Below are positions 1-9,155 of a stretch of DNA of 64,000 nt, one piece after another. The stretch spans positions 1-64,000 of the IMG/VR virus record IMGVR_UViG_3300023083_000001, one strand, 5' to 3'. Under the pieces are notes generated by a model, which was given only the letters and a program-made list of their open reading frames with translations, ran no database searches and had not been told where the DNA came from. Numbering within the stretch: position 1 is the first letter of the stretch; each line of letters opens with the position of its first letter. Made by a program: the position numbers and the translations under genes.

Positions 1-1339
1 ACTTGTCGGGCGATCCTTCAGCATTCTTATCCTTACGACCCACCGCCATGTCGATAACCCGCACACTGGCTTTGATACCAGTGAGGACCTGAGGAACGGT
101 TTTCACCCAACCGGAGATCATGATCGAGTTAGCCGCTACCAAGGTTTTGTAAGTCCTGGTGGCAGCTGCAATTTCTTCAGAAGTGAAACGCTTCTCAGCG
201 GATTTCTCTTCACGCTTGAGAGCGGTCAGTGCGTTTTTGGAAAACGTCTGGATCTTGGCGGCGTACTTATCCCACTCATCGACCTTGGTTTGGATTTTAC
301 CAATCCCCACCAGGCCTGCCAGAGCGGCATTGATGCCCGCAGTCAGATCACCCTTGGTCAGCGCACCCATCTTGGCGTCTTTAACTTTGGAAACCATTTC
401 GATCTTCAAAGTAGAACCGATCATGGAGTTCTCTTTGTCCTGACCTGGAACGATCGAGATCTGGTGAGAAGGTATGAAGTTCAGTTTATTGATCGAAGGT
501 GAGCCGCTGTGGATGATGTTACCGACAGCCGCGCTCAACTGCTGGATAAACTTCTGCTGGCTGGCTTCGTCCATCACACCTGATGGAATCTCGATCTTCA
601 GGATATTGCCAAAGCTACCATCCCACTTCTGACTGAAGGTCTGGAAGTCAGCCATGATCGCGCTGATGGCTTTGTCAGGATGAACGATGGTGCCGTTGTT
701 ATCGGCCAAGTAGATACCGATGTTGCCCAGGTTCACTTCCTTGGTAGCGGACGTGACGGCAAGACCGTTCACCTTGGTCTGTACGGTTTCAGCGTACTTC
801 TTGACCCCGTCGACGTTACCGGCGAACTTCTGGAAGAACGACTTGATCGACGTCCACATGGCGCTGAACGCTTCAGCAATCCAAGCAAGCATACGCGCCA
901 ACATGCCTTGTTTCTTTTCTTCAGCTTCAACCGAATACTCAGCACGAGTCATGCCGCTCTCGAAAGAAGGCACCAGCAGACTGACCGGGATCACGTCGAA
1001 CAACTGCGCCGAACGCAGGATCGATTCAACCGACACACGCATCAGCTCAGCAGCTTGTTCGGTCATGCCGTCTTTGCCGTAGGTGTCCAGTGTCGAATCA
1101 ACCAGGTCAGTCAGCGTACCGGTGAGAGCGTTGTTCTTCATCAGCTCATCAGATTGCGCACTGATGTCTGTGGACGTGGTCAGCATCTCTTCGAGGTTCT
1201 CGGAGACACCTTCGTAGATCTGCGCAAGATCCGATTCGAAAGCTGCATCTTCTACAGCTTGTTTGATACGTTGCAGCTCATCACGCTGTGCAGTCTGTTG
1301 CGCGGTAGCTTTGCTCATGGATTTGAGAAGGCTGGACAT
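1..1339 (-). CDS. phiKZ-like internal head protein paralog (runs off the window edge; not in the ORF track)
   Basis: ATG at 1339 with AAGG upstream; reads MSSLLKSMSKATAQQ...AAFESD...VSVESIL...PSFESGMTRAEYSVEAEEKK...MLAWIAEAF; same architecture as the adjacent 1375-2679 gene, with several S/A-x-E prohead-protease-type sites. Confidence 0.75.
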   Translation of the reverse strand, partial: MSSLLKSMSKATAQQTAQRDELQRIKQAVEDAAFESDLAQIYEGVSENLEEMLTTSTDISAQSDELMKNNALTGTLTDLVDSTLDTYGKDGMTEQAAELMRVSVESILRSAQLFDVIPVSLLVPSFESGMTRAEYSVEAEEKKQGMLARMLAWIAEAFSAMWTSIKSFFQKFAGNVDGVKKYAETVQTKVNGLAVTSATKEVNLGNIGIYLADNNGTIVHPDKAISAIMADFQTFSQKWDGSFGNILKIEIPSGVMDEASQQKFIQQLSAAVGNIIHSGSPSINKLNFIPSHQISIVPGQDKENSMIGSTLKIEMVSKVKDAKMGALTKGDLTAGINAALAGLVGIGKIQTKVDEWDKYAAKIQTFSKNALTALKREEKSAEKRFTSEEIAAATRTYKTLVAANSIMISGWVKTVPQVLTGIKASVRVIDMAVGRKDKNAEGSPDK

Positions 1340-1374
1340 GAATGCCGTTCCTTGATATTAAGTGTGGATAGTTT

Positions 1375-2679
1375 TTATGCAGCTTTCTTCGATTCCAGCG
1401 CATCCACGCACCGATCAAGATATTTCTCGATCGCATACTGAGTGAGCATGTAAGCAGAAAGGTTTTCGCGAGGCAGTCTTGCCAGCTGGGCGAGGATAGT
1501 CCCAAACATGGCGTACATCTGACTGGCTTGACTGGCTATACGTTTTTCTTCGATGTCATCATTGTTTGACAGCTTTTTCATGTTCTCATTGAAGCCGGAG
1601 TCCATCGCAGCGCCCATGGATTTGAATACACGAGAAGCGCTGTCCATTGGAGCCTTCATGGAGTCGAAGCTGCCGTACGATGCCGCAAGCGCGTCCAGCA
1701 GTTGCACACACTCTTTAGATGTCATCGCAGGCGCCATACCTGACTTCTTAGGTTCTTGATGACTTGATACCTTCGCCCCGACCCGATCCCCTTGGCCTTG
1801 AGTCAATTGGATCCTAACAGAATTCCCAGGACCAATCGGAAGGTCACGAACGTAACCACCTTCCCCTTTCTTCAACTCAAGGGCGGTAGTCAGCTTGGCG
1901 AGAATATCAGCCGCGCCGGCTTTTGAGTCATGCTCCCCCGGCTTGAAACCTTTGAACACGTCCATGGTTTTACGCAACATGACCAACGTTTCGTTACCGG
2001 CAGCCTTAGTGTTGGCTTGGGTACTGCTCAACACCGAAATGGTTTTACTACCGCCTTCACCGATCAGGTTCAGATCGGGAACGGATACAGTCGTAGGTGT
2101 CGATGCTTCTGTACTGACGTCTGATTTATTCTCCAATGCGAGTAACCGTTTGCGGATGCCCTCTACACGTTGGGTACCCGCTTCGGAAGACTGCTTAAAG
2201 CGACCAATCAGTTCGCTGATATGGTTGACGACCTTGACCATCTGTTCCTTTATCCACGCCCAGATACGGCGCAGGACATCACCCGCTTTCTTTTCAGCTT
2301 CAACACTGTAGGTGGAGCTGGATTCAAACGATGGCGCCAAGAGACTGGACGGGAGGTCCAATTGACTGACCAGGAAGATCGATTCTACTGACAATTGATA
2401 AACGTCAGCGTCGCGTTCTGTCAGTTCACGACTTTCAGTGAAGAAGCTTGATGTCAACAGCTGAACTGCCGTCAATGTCCGACAGGCTGATTCCAATTCA
2501 AGGTGATCTTGTTCAACCGACTCCATCGACACACCGATCAACTTGGCAAAGCCATTGAAGAAAGCATCCCACCAAGTCGTCTCTTGTTCTAACCAGTTGC
2601 CAGCACCACCGTGACCCCGTTGGTTAGCTTCGAAGACAGCGTCTCCCAAAGCTATACGTTTCATCAGCGACGTAGTCAT
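1375..2679 (-). CDS. phiKZ-like internal head protein paralog
   Basis: 434 aa; acidic N-terminal region with AVFE, SME, SVE, SFE, SVE sites followed by RRIWAWIKEQM helix, typical of proteolytically matured head proteins. Confidence 0.75.
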   Translation of the reverse strand: MTTSLMKRIALGDAVFEANQRGHGGAGNWLEQETTWWDAFFNGFAKLIGVSMESVEQDHLELESACRTLTAVQLLTSSFFTESRELTERDADVYQLSVESIFLVSQLDLPSSLLAPSFESSSTYSVEAEKKAGDVLRRIWAWIKEQMVKVVNHISELIGRFKQSSEAGTQRVEGIRKRLLALENKSDVSTEASTPTTVSVPDLNLIGEGGSKTISVLSSTQANTKAAGNETLVMLRKTMDVFKGFKPGEHDSKAGAADILAKLTTALELKKGEGGYVRDLPIGPGNSVRIQLTQGQGDRVGAKVSSHQEPKKSGMAPAMTSKECVQLLDALAASYGSFDSMKAPMDSASRVFKSMGAAMDSGFNENMKKLSNNDDIEEKRIASQASQMYAMFGTILAQLARLPRENLSAYMLTQYAIEKYLDRCVDALESKKAA

Positions 2680-2771
2680 TTTACACCCACTCGGTTAGTC
2701 ATATGGAAATTGATCGGACTACGTCAAGCCGTGCTGAAACGACGTCCACATAGGATCAGAATGGGGTACTT

Positions 2772-3365
2772 ATGATCACGAAACGTTATGCCGGTATTGG
2801 ATCACGCGAAACACCACCTGATGTCATGAAGACTTCGGTCATCTTCGCTAACATCCTGACTGAATTGGGTTACGCGTTGTATTCGGGCGGTTGTCCTAAA
2901 GGCATGGACATGGCGTGTTTGAAAGGCGCTTATCGACACAGCTCTTTCGACAAGTCCAAACACCGTATCTATCTGTCCTGGAACGGCATGTCCGACCTGT
3001 ACCATCTTCCAGCGGCAGGCCTGTACGATGCGCAGCGTTTCCCTAACTACGAAGAGGCGGGTGCGATCGGCTTACGGATGCGGGGTGTCTGGGATGGCTT
3101 GGGTCGAGGTGGTATTGCTCACCACAGTCGTAACCCGTATCAAGTGTTGGGTGATGACCTTAAGTCTCCTGTGGACTTCGTCTACACCTGGGCGCCACCA
3201 GTAGGTAAGAACGGTAACGTCAAAGGCGGTACAGCCACTGCGGTGAAACTGGCGCTGGAGAATAACATCCCGGTGTACAACATGTACTACGATGAAGTCC
3301 GTGAACGTGTAGAACATTTTGTAGCCAGCGTGTTAACGCAGCGCAGGATGAGTGTGCAGGCATGA
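2772..3365 (+). CDS. SLOG-superfamily (DprA/Smf-like nucleotide-binding) protein
   Basis: YAGIGSRETP, SGGCPKGMD, RNPYQVLG, GGTATAVKLA motifs. Confidence 0.8.
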   Translation: MITKRYAGIGSRETPPDVMKTSVIFANILTELGYALYSGGCPKGMDMACLKGAYRHSSFDKSKHRIYLSWNGMSDLYHLPAAGLYDAQRFPNYEEAGAIGLRMRGVWDGLGRGGIAHHSRNPYQVLGDDLKSPVDFVYTWAPPVGKNGNVKGGTATAVKLALENNIPVYNMYYDEVRERVEHFVASVLTQRRMSVQA

Positions 3366-3712
3366 GGGAACGTCTATTGAAGATCGAAGTAGTGGACGTG
3401 GTCTTCACCACCACCAAGTATGGGAACATCAAACCTGAGTTGGTCATTCAATTCAACAGTTATAAAGGAACGATCGAATTACCCAACGTCCATGTGTTAC
3501 TGGAATCCGGTGTCATGATTGGCGATTACATCAAAGCCGTTCACGACATTGAATCTCAGTTGCCGATGGATGTCGATAAAGGGATAGATCGATCACCTCC
3601 TCTGTTACCAACCCATTGTCCATGCTGTGGGGAAGAACTGTCTATCCAAGTGGGACGACACACCGTCCTTAAATGTCTTAACGTCGTGGGCTGTAGTGCT
3701 CAGAACCAGTGA
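3362..3712 (+). CDS. stand-alone OB-fold + C4 zinc-finger module resembling the C-terminal part of NAD-dependent DNA ligase
   Basis: TKYGNIKP..., LPNVHVL..GVMIGD, PTHCPCCG...LKCLNVVGCSAQ match the LigA OB/Zn-finger pattern; no KxDG adenylation motif. Confidence 0.6.
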   Translation: MRERLLKIEVVDVVFTTTKYGNIKPELVIQFNSYKGTIELPNVHVLLESGVMIGDYIKAVHDIESQLPMDVDKGIDRSPPLLPTHCPCCGEELSIQVGRHTVLKCLNVVGCSAQNQ

Positions 3713-3721
3713 GGTAGCCGC

Positions 3722-4180
3722 GTGGTATTCGAACACACAGGCAACATGTTCCAAATGGCGCCTATGGGTGCGTTGGTGGGTATCCCTGTGAACACTGTGG
3801 GTGTTGCAGGTAAAGGTCTAGCGCTTCACATGAAACAGCGTTACCCAGAAGCACACGAGCAATATAAACAAGCTTGTAGACGAGGGCGTATCGCCGGTGG
3901 CGAACTGCTCGTGGTGGATGTCATAGCTTATAAATTGGCTATGTTACCCACCAAGTACAATTGGGTCAATCCTTCCGAACCTGGCTTGATTGATCAGACC
4001 CTGTACCGCTTGGTTGAATACATGCGGGCAAACAGTATCGAAGAAGCACACATTCCTCGGTTGGGGTGTGGTGTTGCGACTGGGATGTTGGATTACGAGG
4101 AAGACGTCAGTCCCATTATTCAATTCCACTTCGGGAGTGACGAGCAGAAAGAAGCGATTCACGTCTACAACTTCGTGTAA
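3722..4180 (+). CDS. macrodomain (ADP-ribose hydrolase, DarG-like)
   Basis: PVNTVGVAGKGLA, PTKYNW..PS, IPRLGCG motifs. Confidence 0.85.
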   Translation: MVFEHTGNMFQMAPMGALVGIPVNTVGVAGKGLALHMKQRYPEAHEQYKQACRRGRIAGGELLVVDVIAYKLAMLPTKYNWVNPSEPGLIDQTLYRLVEYMRANSIEEAHIPRLGCGVATGMLDYEEDVSPIIQFHFGSDEQKEAIHVYNFV

Positions 4181-4234
4181 TGGCGATCTGACTGCTATGC
4201 ACGACCCTTTTAAATCGAAACAGGAGTAACACCC

Positions 4235-4393
4235 ATGTCGATCTCATTGATCGTGGTTATCCTCCTCGTCGTTCTGTTGTTGGGTGGCATGCCTACCTGG
4301 GGCTATTCTCGCGGATACGGTTGGGGACCTAGCGGTATCATCGGAGTTATCCTGGTGGTCCTCGTGGTCTTGCTTTTGCTTGGCAGGATCTAG
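4235..4393 (+). CDS. DUF3309-like small membrane protein (52 aa, not in ORF track)
   Basis: AGGAG RBS; MSISLIVVILLVVLLLGGMPTWGYSRGYGWGPSGIIGVILVVLVVLLLLGRI. Confidence 0.8.
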   Translation: MSISLIVVILLVVLLLGGMPTWGYSRGYGWGPSGIIGVILVVLVVLLLLGRI

Positions 4394-4452
4394 CGTGATA
4401 ACGGCGGGGTCATTCCCCGCCCTTTATGCCGCAAATTAATCGTAGTTAACTT

Positions 4453-4480
4453 TTCTACAGTCACACATGACCGTATTGAA
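4453..4480 (+). promoter_or_regulatory. putative phage early promoter
   Basis: TTCTACAGTCA-CACATGAC-N5-TGAA; fits the consensus shared by about nine sites in the window. Confidence 0.55.
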
Positions 4481-4524
4481 TAGAAACAATAATGTTTCTT
4501 TAAACACCCGTGGAGGGTAAACAA

Positions 4525-4920
4525 ATGACTACTCAAGCTACTGCTGCAATCAAACAAGCTCTGACCGAAAAGATGGAACGCGTCATGCTGACCACTCAAG
4601 GTACCCGCATCGAACTGTCCGATGCGGCTCTCAAACAAGCAGGTGCTTTGCTTGAGCTGATGAAGAAAGAAACTAACTACGACGAAACCAAATTCGTTGA
4701 AGAAGATTTCGCCTTGGCGACCGCGTTCGTCGACAACTTCACCACGTATGAAATCAACGGTGAAGTTGAAAACAACGTACTTCAGCCTATCCCTGACGAA
4801 ACCTTTGAGTCCGTCATGCATCACTGCAAGGCTCAGTTCGAGACGTATCCTCTTAACGCTGTCATCGCCGTGGACATTCTTCAAGGCCTGATGGCAAAAC
4901 ACAAACACTTCTACCGCTAA
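4525..4920 (+). CDS. hypothetical early protein
   Basis: GGAGG RBS, downstream of early promoter motif. Confidence 0.7.
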   Translation: MTTQATAAIKQALTEKMERVMLTTQGTRIELSDAALKQAGALLELMKKETNYDETKFVEEDFALATAFVDNFTTYEINGEVENNVLQPIPDETFESVMHHCKAQFETYPLNAVIAVDILQGLMAKHKHFYR

Positions 4921-4959
4921 CCCCAGGAGAATTACCTCCTAAAGATCTGGAGATCAATC

Positions 4960-5247
4960 ATGTCCGTTATCCGTTACGCACACCCTACACACATTGACGA
5001 CTTGTTCGTCATTGGTACTGATCGGGCTTTCTATCTGGGAGGTCAAATCAAAGCTGCCTTCCGTAACCCAATCAAGGGTCTCGTACGGGTACTGGTCAAT
5101 GACGATTACGTCACAGTAGGCGGTCCCTTTAACACCCTCGAAGAAGTGTACGAATTTATCAAGAAGGAGTTTCCTAACCACACCCCTCAGAAGGTGTTGG
5201 TTAACCGTCTTGTTCGTACTCGTTGGAAAGCAGCCACTGCGGCTTAA
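4960..5247 (+). CDS. hypothetical early protein
   Basis: GGAG RBS, operon context. Confidence 0.7.
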   Translation: MSVIRYAHPTHIDDLFVIGTDRAFYLGGQIKAAFRNPIKGLVRVLVNDDYVTVGGPFNTLEEVYEFIKKEFPNHTPQKVLVNRLVRTRWKAATAA

Positions 5248-5269
5248 TCGTTGTACTCTGGAGGTCACC

Positions 5270-5728
5270 ATGTTCCTAGTTACCAGTAAACACGTCGCAC
5301 GGGCTAAGCTTGAGTTCAGCAGAAGCGATCCTGAGCTGTTCGATCGTGGCATGTGGCAAACATGCCGGGCCATCAACGAGATCCCTTCAGTGGCTGTTCT
5401 TGATAGCCACGCAGGTCACGCTGAACACGATGACCTTAAGTTCTGGGTGACGTTGATCACATCCACCGAAGAAGGCATTGCCAAGATCGATCAGCTGTAT
5501 TCGATCTGGTGCTCGATGTTGGGCACGCATGTCAAGGTGGATGAGGAGACGTCTTTCCCCATCCATCATCAGCTGTGTCTGGAAGTTAATCGCCTGGAAG
5601 ATAAACATGGTCATGAAGGCGATGTCATCTGGGTACACACGTTGCGTGCAGTCATTGAAGGCTATCACTTACCTTCCTTGACCGTCGCTAATCGGCTGCA
5701 ACTTGCAGCGACTCGAATCAACCGTTAA
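5270..5728 (+). CDS. hypothetical protein (weak Tyw3 N-terminal-like motif)
   Basis: GGAGG RBS before ATG 5270; D..M...CRAINEIPSVAVLDSHAGH. Confidence 0.55.
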   Translation: MFLVTSKHVARAKLEFSRSDPELFDRGMWQTCRAINEIPSVAVLDSHAGHAEHDDLKFWVTLITSTEEGIAKIDQLYSIWCSMLGTHVKVDEETSFPIHHQLCLEVNRLEDKHGHEGDVIWVHTLRAVIEGYHLPSLTVANRLQLAATRINR

Positions 5729-5753
5729 ATAAATCCGACCGTGGAGGTCATTG

Positions 5754-6125
5754 ATGTCTATTGCAAACGTTGTTAAAGCTACTGTTACCCTGGTGGGTAT
5801 TGCCGCGGTTGGTTACGTCGGTTACGTCGGTTACAAAGGTTACCAGAAGCACGTGGGTCCGATCATGAAGTTCCGTCAGGCGCTGACGATCATCGAAGTG
5901 AAGCTCAACAAGCTTGACCGCGCTGTCGCCGCTGAGAAGGATGCAGTGCTCAAAGCTGAAAAGCTCGAGAAGCTGAAACTCTTCCAAGCCAAGCTGATCG
6001 AAGTGCAGAATGTTTGGTCCGATATCGTGGGCCGTTACGCCAGTGATGAACTCACTCATGAACAGTGGGTGAGTGAAGTCACTCAATGGCACGCTAACGT
6101 CACCAGTACGTTTGCTGATCTGTAA
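5754..6125 (+). CDS. membrane-anchored coiled-coil protein
   Basis: GGAGG RBS; N-terminal TM segment with GYVGYVGYKGY followed by a coiled coil. Confidence 0.7.
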   Translation: MSIANVVKATVTLVGIAAVGYVGYVGYKGYQKHVGPIMKFRQALTIIEVKLNKLDRAVAAEKDAVLKAEKLEKLKLFQAKLIEVQNVWSDIVGRYASDELTHEQWVSEVTQWHANVTSTFADL

Positions 6126-6154
6126 CCCATTCCAATCGACCGTGGAGGTCATTG

Positions 6155-6283
6155 ATGAACCGCAAGTCTATCAAAATGCTGTTGGCTGGTTTGATCATCG
6201 GCGGTGTCTTGAACTCCGGTCTGTTTGATGAAGCCGGTCAAGCCCGTGATGCGAAAGTTGCCTGGATCGCATCCTCCAAGTAA
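6155..6283 (+). CDS. small single-TM protein (42 aa, not in ORF track)
   Basis: Same CGACCGTGGAGGTCATTGATG initiation cassette as the 5754 gene; MNRKSIKMLLAGLIIGGVLNSGLF... Confidence 0.65.
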   Translation: MNRKSIKMLLAGLIIGGVLNSGLFDEAGQARDAKVAWIASSK

Positions 6284-6360
6284 TCGTAGTTAAAAGAAAT
6301 AAAAGAATACATCATCCAAGTGGTTACGCGCTGACCTTAACATTCATTAGGAGTTTCACC

Positions 6361-6456
6361 ATGGCTAATATTGCCCGATCTATCGCTGTTGGTATCGTTG
6401 TCGTTGTTGCTTCGAACATCATCCTTAAACAGATGAATAAACGCGGCTGGGTGTAG
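6361..6456 (+). CDS. small single-TM peptide (31 aa, not in ORF track)
   Basis: AGGAG RBS; promoter-like TACATCAT at 6308; MANIARSIAVGIVVVVASNIILKQMNKRGWV. Confidence 0.65.
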   Translation: MANIARSIAVGIVVVVASNIILKQMNKRGWV

Positions 6457-6494
6457 TCCAGCCGTAAACCCTACTATCCTCAAGGATAAGTCAC

Positions 6495-6824
6495 ATGTTT
6501 ACATTCATCGCCGACGCGTTCCTCTGCTTTGTTCAAGTTGTTCTGGTCATCGCCGTCATCTTCTCACATTCAACATTGCTTCATGAAGACGACACACCGA
6601 TCTCAATCATCACGTATTCGATTTGCTCGACCTTGGCTCTCTGGTCCGGCAATATCAAAACGTTCCTTTGCGTAACAATACCGTTCTACGCGTTGGTGAT
6701 TAGCTTGATGACTCTTTACCATCTGACTTACAGTCTAACGTTTGCAATCTTCACCTGTGTTGTTTGTTGGCTGGTGATGGGCTGGATGTGGATGACTTCG
6801 CCGACTATTCGGCGGGTAGGGTAA
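6495..6824 (+). CDS. multi-pass membrane protein
   Basis: AAGGA RBS, about four hydrophobic segments. Confidence 0.65.
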   Translation: MFTFIADAFLCFVQVVLVIAVIFSHSTLLHEDDTPISIITYSICSTLALWSGNIKTFLCVTIPFYALVISLMTLYHLTYSLTFAIFTCVVCWLVMGWMWMTSPTIRRVG

Positions 6825-6893
6825 GGTATGTGGAGGAGGCGAAAGCCTCCTCAATACTTATTCTTTTTTTTTGTTTCAAAGGAGCGGGGGAGC

Positions 6894-7178
6894 ATGCCAA
6901 GTAAAAGTCAAGCCCAACACAAACTCATGTCGATCGCAGCGTACAACAAAGAGTTCGCTGAATCACGTAACATCGATCAAGAGATGGCGCGCGAGTGGGT
7001 CGCTGAAGATAAGAAGATGTTAAAGGAAGATCCCGACTTCTTGAAGAACCTTCCTGAGAAAGCGGAAGATGAACACGACAAGGATGACAAGAAAGACAAG
7101 TCCAAGAAAAAGAAGAAGAAACCCGAAGCTTCAACTGAATCCAGCGGCTGGGCAAAGTTGTTCAGTTGGATCGAGTAA
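6894..7178 (+). CDS. conserved small phage protein (MPSKS.AQH.LM family), possibly head-packaged
   Basis: MPSKSQAQHKLMSIAAYN.EFA; Lys-rich linker and C-terminal STESS...W tail. Confidence 0.65.
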   Translation: MPSKSQAQHKLMSIAAYNKEFAESRNIDQEMAREWVAEDKKMLKEDPDFLKNLPEKAEDEHDKDDKKDKSKKKKKKPEASTESSGWAKLFSWIE

Positions 7179-7180
7179 CG

Positions 7181-7214
7181 ACATAGACGCCCGGCCTCGT
7201 GCCGGGCTGTATGC
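7181..7214. repeat. dispersed CATA-GC hairpin-TATG intergenic element
   Basis: ACATAGACGCCCGGCCTCGTGCCGGGCTGTATGC; near-identical copies at 23893, 37411, 43090. Confidence 0.85.
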
Positions 7215-7224
7215 TGGACTAGGC

Positions 7225-7252
7225 TTTTAAAGCCATACATTACAATGATGAA
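7225..7252 (+). promoter_or_regulatory. putative phage early promoter
   Basis: TTTTAAAGCCA-TACATTAC-N5-TGAA; resembles phiKZ early TATATTAC motif. Confidence 0.7.
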
Positions 7253-7280
7253 CACCAAAAACCATTAGGAGTAATACCGC

Positions 7281-7661
7281 ATGACTATGCCTGCAAATTC
7301 CCGTACTGCTGATAAGTTTGTTGTCCGCCTGCCAGATGGGATGCGTGAGCAAATTTCTGAGGTCGCTAAAGAGAGCAACCGCAGTATGAACTCTGAGATC
7401 ATTACACGTCTCGAATACTCGTTGGCCGGTGAAGCACCGCCAGTAGCCACACGTGTTGAACCTTGGACGCCTGCCATTGGGATGCTTATCGTTTATAAGG
7501 TAGACACCGAGCAAACGCAACCCATGGAAATCTTGAAGTTTGGCTATGACCGAGATACCCTGTCGAGTAAGGTGACGGTGTGGTTCCAGGTGCGCATGCC
7601 TTCAGGTGCCAAGAATGAACCGGTGTATGCAAACCTGTGCCGTCCTTACATCGTTAAGTAA
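7281..7661 (+). CDS. Arc-family ribbon-helix-helix DNA-binding protein, AmrZ-like
   Basis: [39 protein letters not shown] closely matches the Pseudomonas AmrZ RHH domain. Confidence 0.85.
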   Translation: MTMPANSRTADKFVVRLPDGMREQISEVAKESNRSMNSEIITRLEYSLAGEAPPVATRVEPWTPAIGMLIVYKVDTEQTQPMEILKFGYDRDTLSSKVTVWFQVRMPSGAKNEPVYANLCRPYIVK

Positions 7662-7709
7662 TTAATCACAGCCTCGACTCATGATGTACTAATGACTAGA
7701 GGCTTTGTG

Positions 7710-8363
7710 ATGGCTGACAATAAAGGATTGTTTATCGCCCTGGAAGGAATAGACGGTACAGGCAAGACCACCCAGCGCGAGTTTGTTGCGCAGACTTTCC
7801 GTGATGCTGGCTTTGAGGTGATACTTACTCGTGAGCCGGGCGGCACGCCGCAGGCTGAACGGATTCGTGAGATCATCCTGACGCCACATGAGGAAGATCT
7901 TTCTCCTCGTGCAGAAGTGTTGCTCTTCTTTGCTGCACGCGAACAACATCTTCAACAGGTTATTCTTCCTTACTTGGCAAAAGGCTGCGTTGTCATCACG
8001 GATCGCTTCGTAGACTCGACCTATGCTTATCAAGCTGCGGGCGGTGGGGTCAGTGAAGCTTGGATCAATGATCTGACCGAGATGGTTGTAGGTGAGAACC
8101 AACCTGACATGACTTTCCTACTCACCATGGATCACGCCATAGCCAAGCAGCGTTACGCTGCCCGTGGGGCACTGGACAGGATGGAAGGTAAACCTGACGG
8201 TTATTACGTCGCTGCACAAGAGGCTTTCATTTACCGTGCAAAGATGGAATCGCATCGGTACAAGATTGTGGAAGCTGGTGGTGATCTGGACAGTGTTCGT
8301 GCACAGATCCTCCCCATGTGCAACCGTCTCATTCGACAACTAAAAGCGGCCAGGGCCGACTAA
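7710..8363 (+). CDS. tmk: thymidylate kinase
   Basis: FIALEGIDGTGKTTQ P-loop, TREPGGT, DRFVDSTYAYQ. Confidence 0.95.
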   Translation: MADNKGLFIALEGIDGTGKTTQREFVAQTFRDAGFEVILTREPGGTPQAERIREIILTPHEEDLSPRAEVLLFFAAREQHLQQVILPYLAKGCVVITDRFVDSTYAYQAAGGGVSEAWINDLTEMVVGENQPDMTFLLTMDHAIAKQRYAARGALDRMEGKPDGYYVAAQEAFIYRAKMESHRYKIVEAGGDLDSVRAQILPMCNRLIRQLKAARAD

Positions 8364-8378
8364 CAAAGGAATTTCAAC

Positions 8379-9155
8379 ATGCCGCTCATTGAAGCACTGC
8401 CGTACGAAGAACGGTTGGAGATGATCCTCGGGTTGGATCGTGATACCGCCTTGCATCACTTGATCGCCAAACAAGGCGTAGCGATCCAGAACGTCGAAGG
8501 GTACTGTCATAACCTGCGCTTCGCTCACGTCAGCATGCCTCGGGTGAAGATGGAAGCTGATCGTCTCAAGCTGCACTTCGTTCAGTACGGTCTTGTCCGT
8601 CAGCGTCGCAGCGGCATGCTGCTCAGCTACAAACGTCCATTGAAAGGTGGTGAACTCAGAATTGCAGGTTCTGATTCGGTAGGTGTGGGCGGTCATGTCG
8701 ATGGTATCGACTATTGTGTTGACCCACGTGGTGTGCTGAGTTTGTACGCCACACTCAATACGACTGCCTGGCGTGAGTATTGGGAAGAGATCGCATTCTC
8801 CTACACTCACGGCGGTTCGGTGCGCTGGACCCAAGCGGAGTTGATGGAGAGATCCGAGCTGTTCTTTCATGGCTTTGTCATCGACCGAACTGAAGATGTC
8901 GGTATGACTCACCTGGGCGTCTTCACGACACTGTGGGTCGACGATGACGTCTTGATTGACTCAGGTGAGGACGCGGTCATCGACCCTCACTGGATCACCG
9001 TAGAGGACGCCTTGGAGAAACACGCCAACGGTGAATACAAGTACGAGAACTGGTCCAAGTTCCTGTTGCAACATGTCCACGACCATCCACGCAGTGTAGC
9101 GCCGATCAACGTGGCAGAAACGCACCGCTCGTACAGCTTCCTGCAACCCAAGTAA
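8379..9155 (+). CDS. Nudix-fold hydrolase (predicted phosphoesterase)
   Basis: SVGVGGHVD...AWREYWEEI Nudix box variant, VGMTHLGV, ENWSK. Confidence 0.75.
   Translation: MPLIEALPYEERLEMILGLDRDTALHHLIAKQGVAIQNVEGYCHNLRFAHVSMPRVKMEADRLKLHFVQYGLVRQRRSGMLLSYKRPLKGGELRIAGSDSVGVGGHVDGIDYCVDPRGVLSLYATLNTTAWREYWEEIAFSYTHGGSVRWTQAELMERSELFFHGFVIDRTEDVGMTHLGVFTTLWVDDDVLIDSGEDAVIDPHWITVEDALEKHANGEYKYENWSKFLLQHVHDHPRSVAPINVAETHRSYSFLQPK

Noticed and set aside
680-1441. 253-aa plus-strand ORF, and similar long antisense ORFs at 31219-32142 and 39883-40752
   Set aside because: Shadow ORFs opposite well-supported genes; no RBS or recognisable motifs
5270-5728. Tyw3-like tRNA methyltransferase
   Set aside because: Only a loose motif match (SHAGH instead of SCSGR/H); insufficient for a functional call
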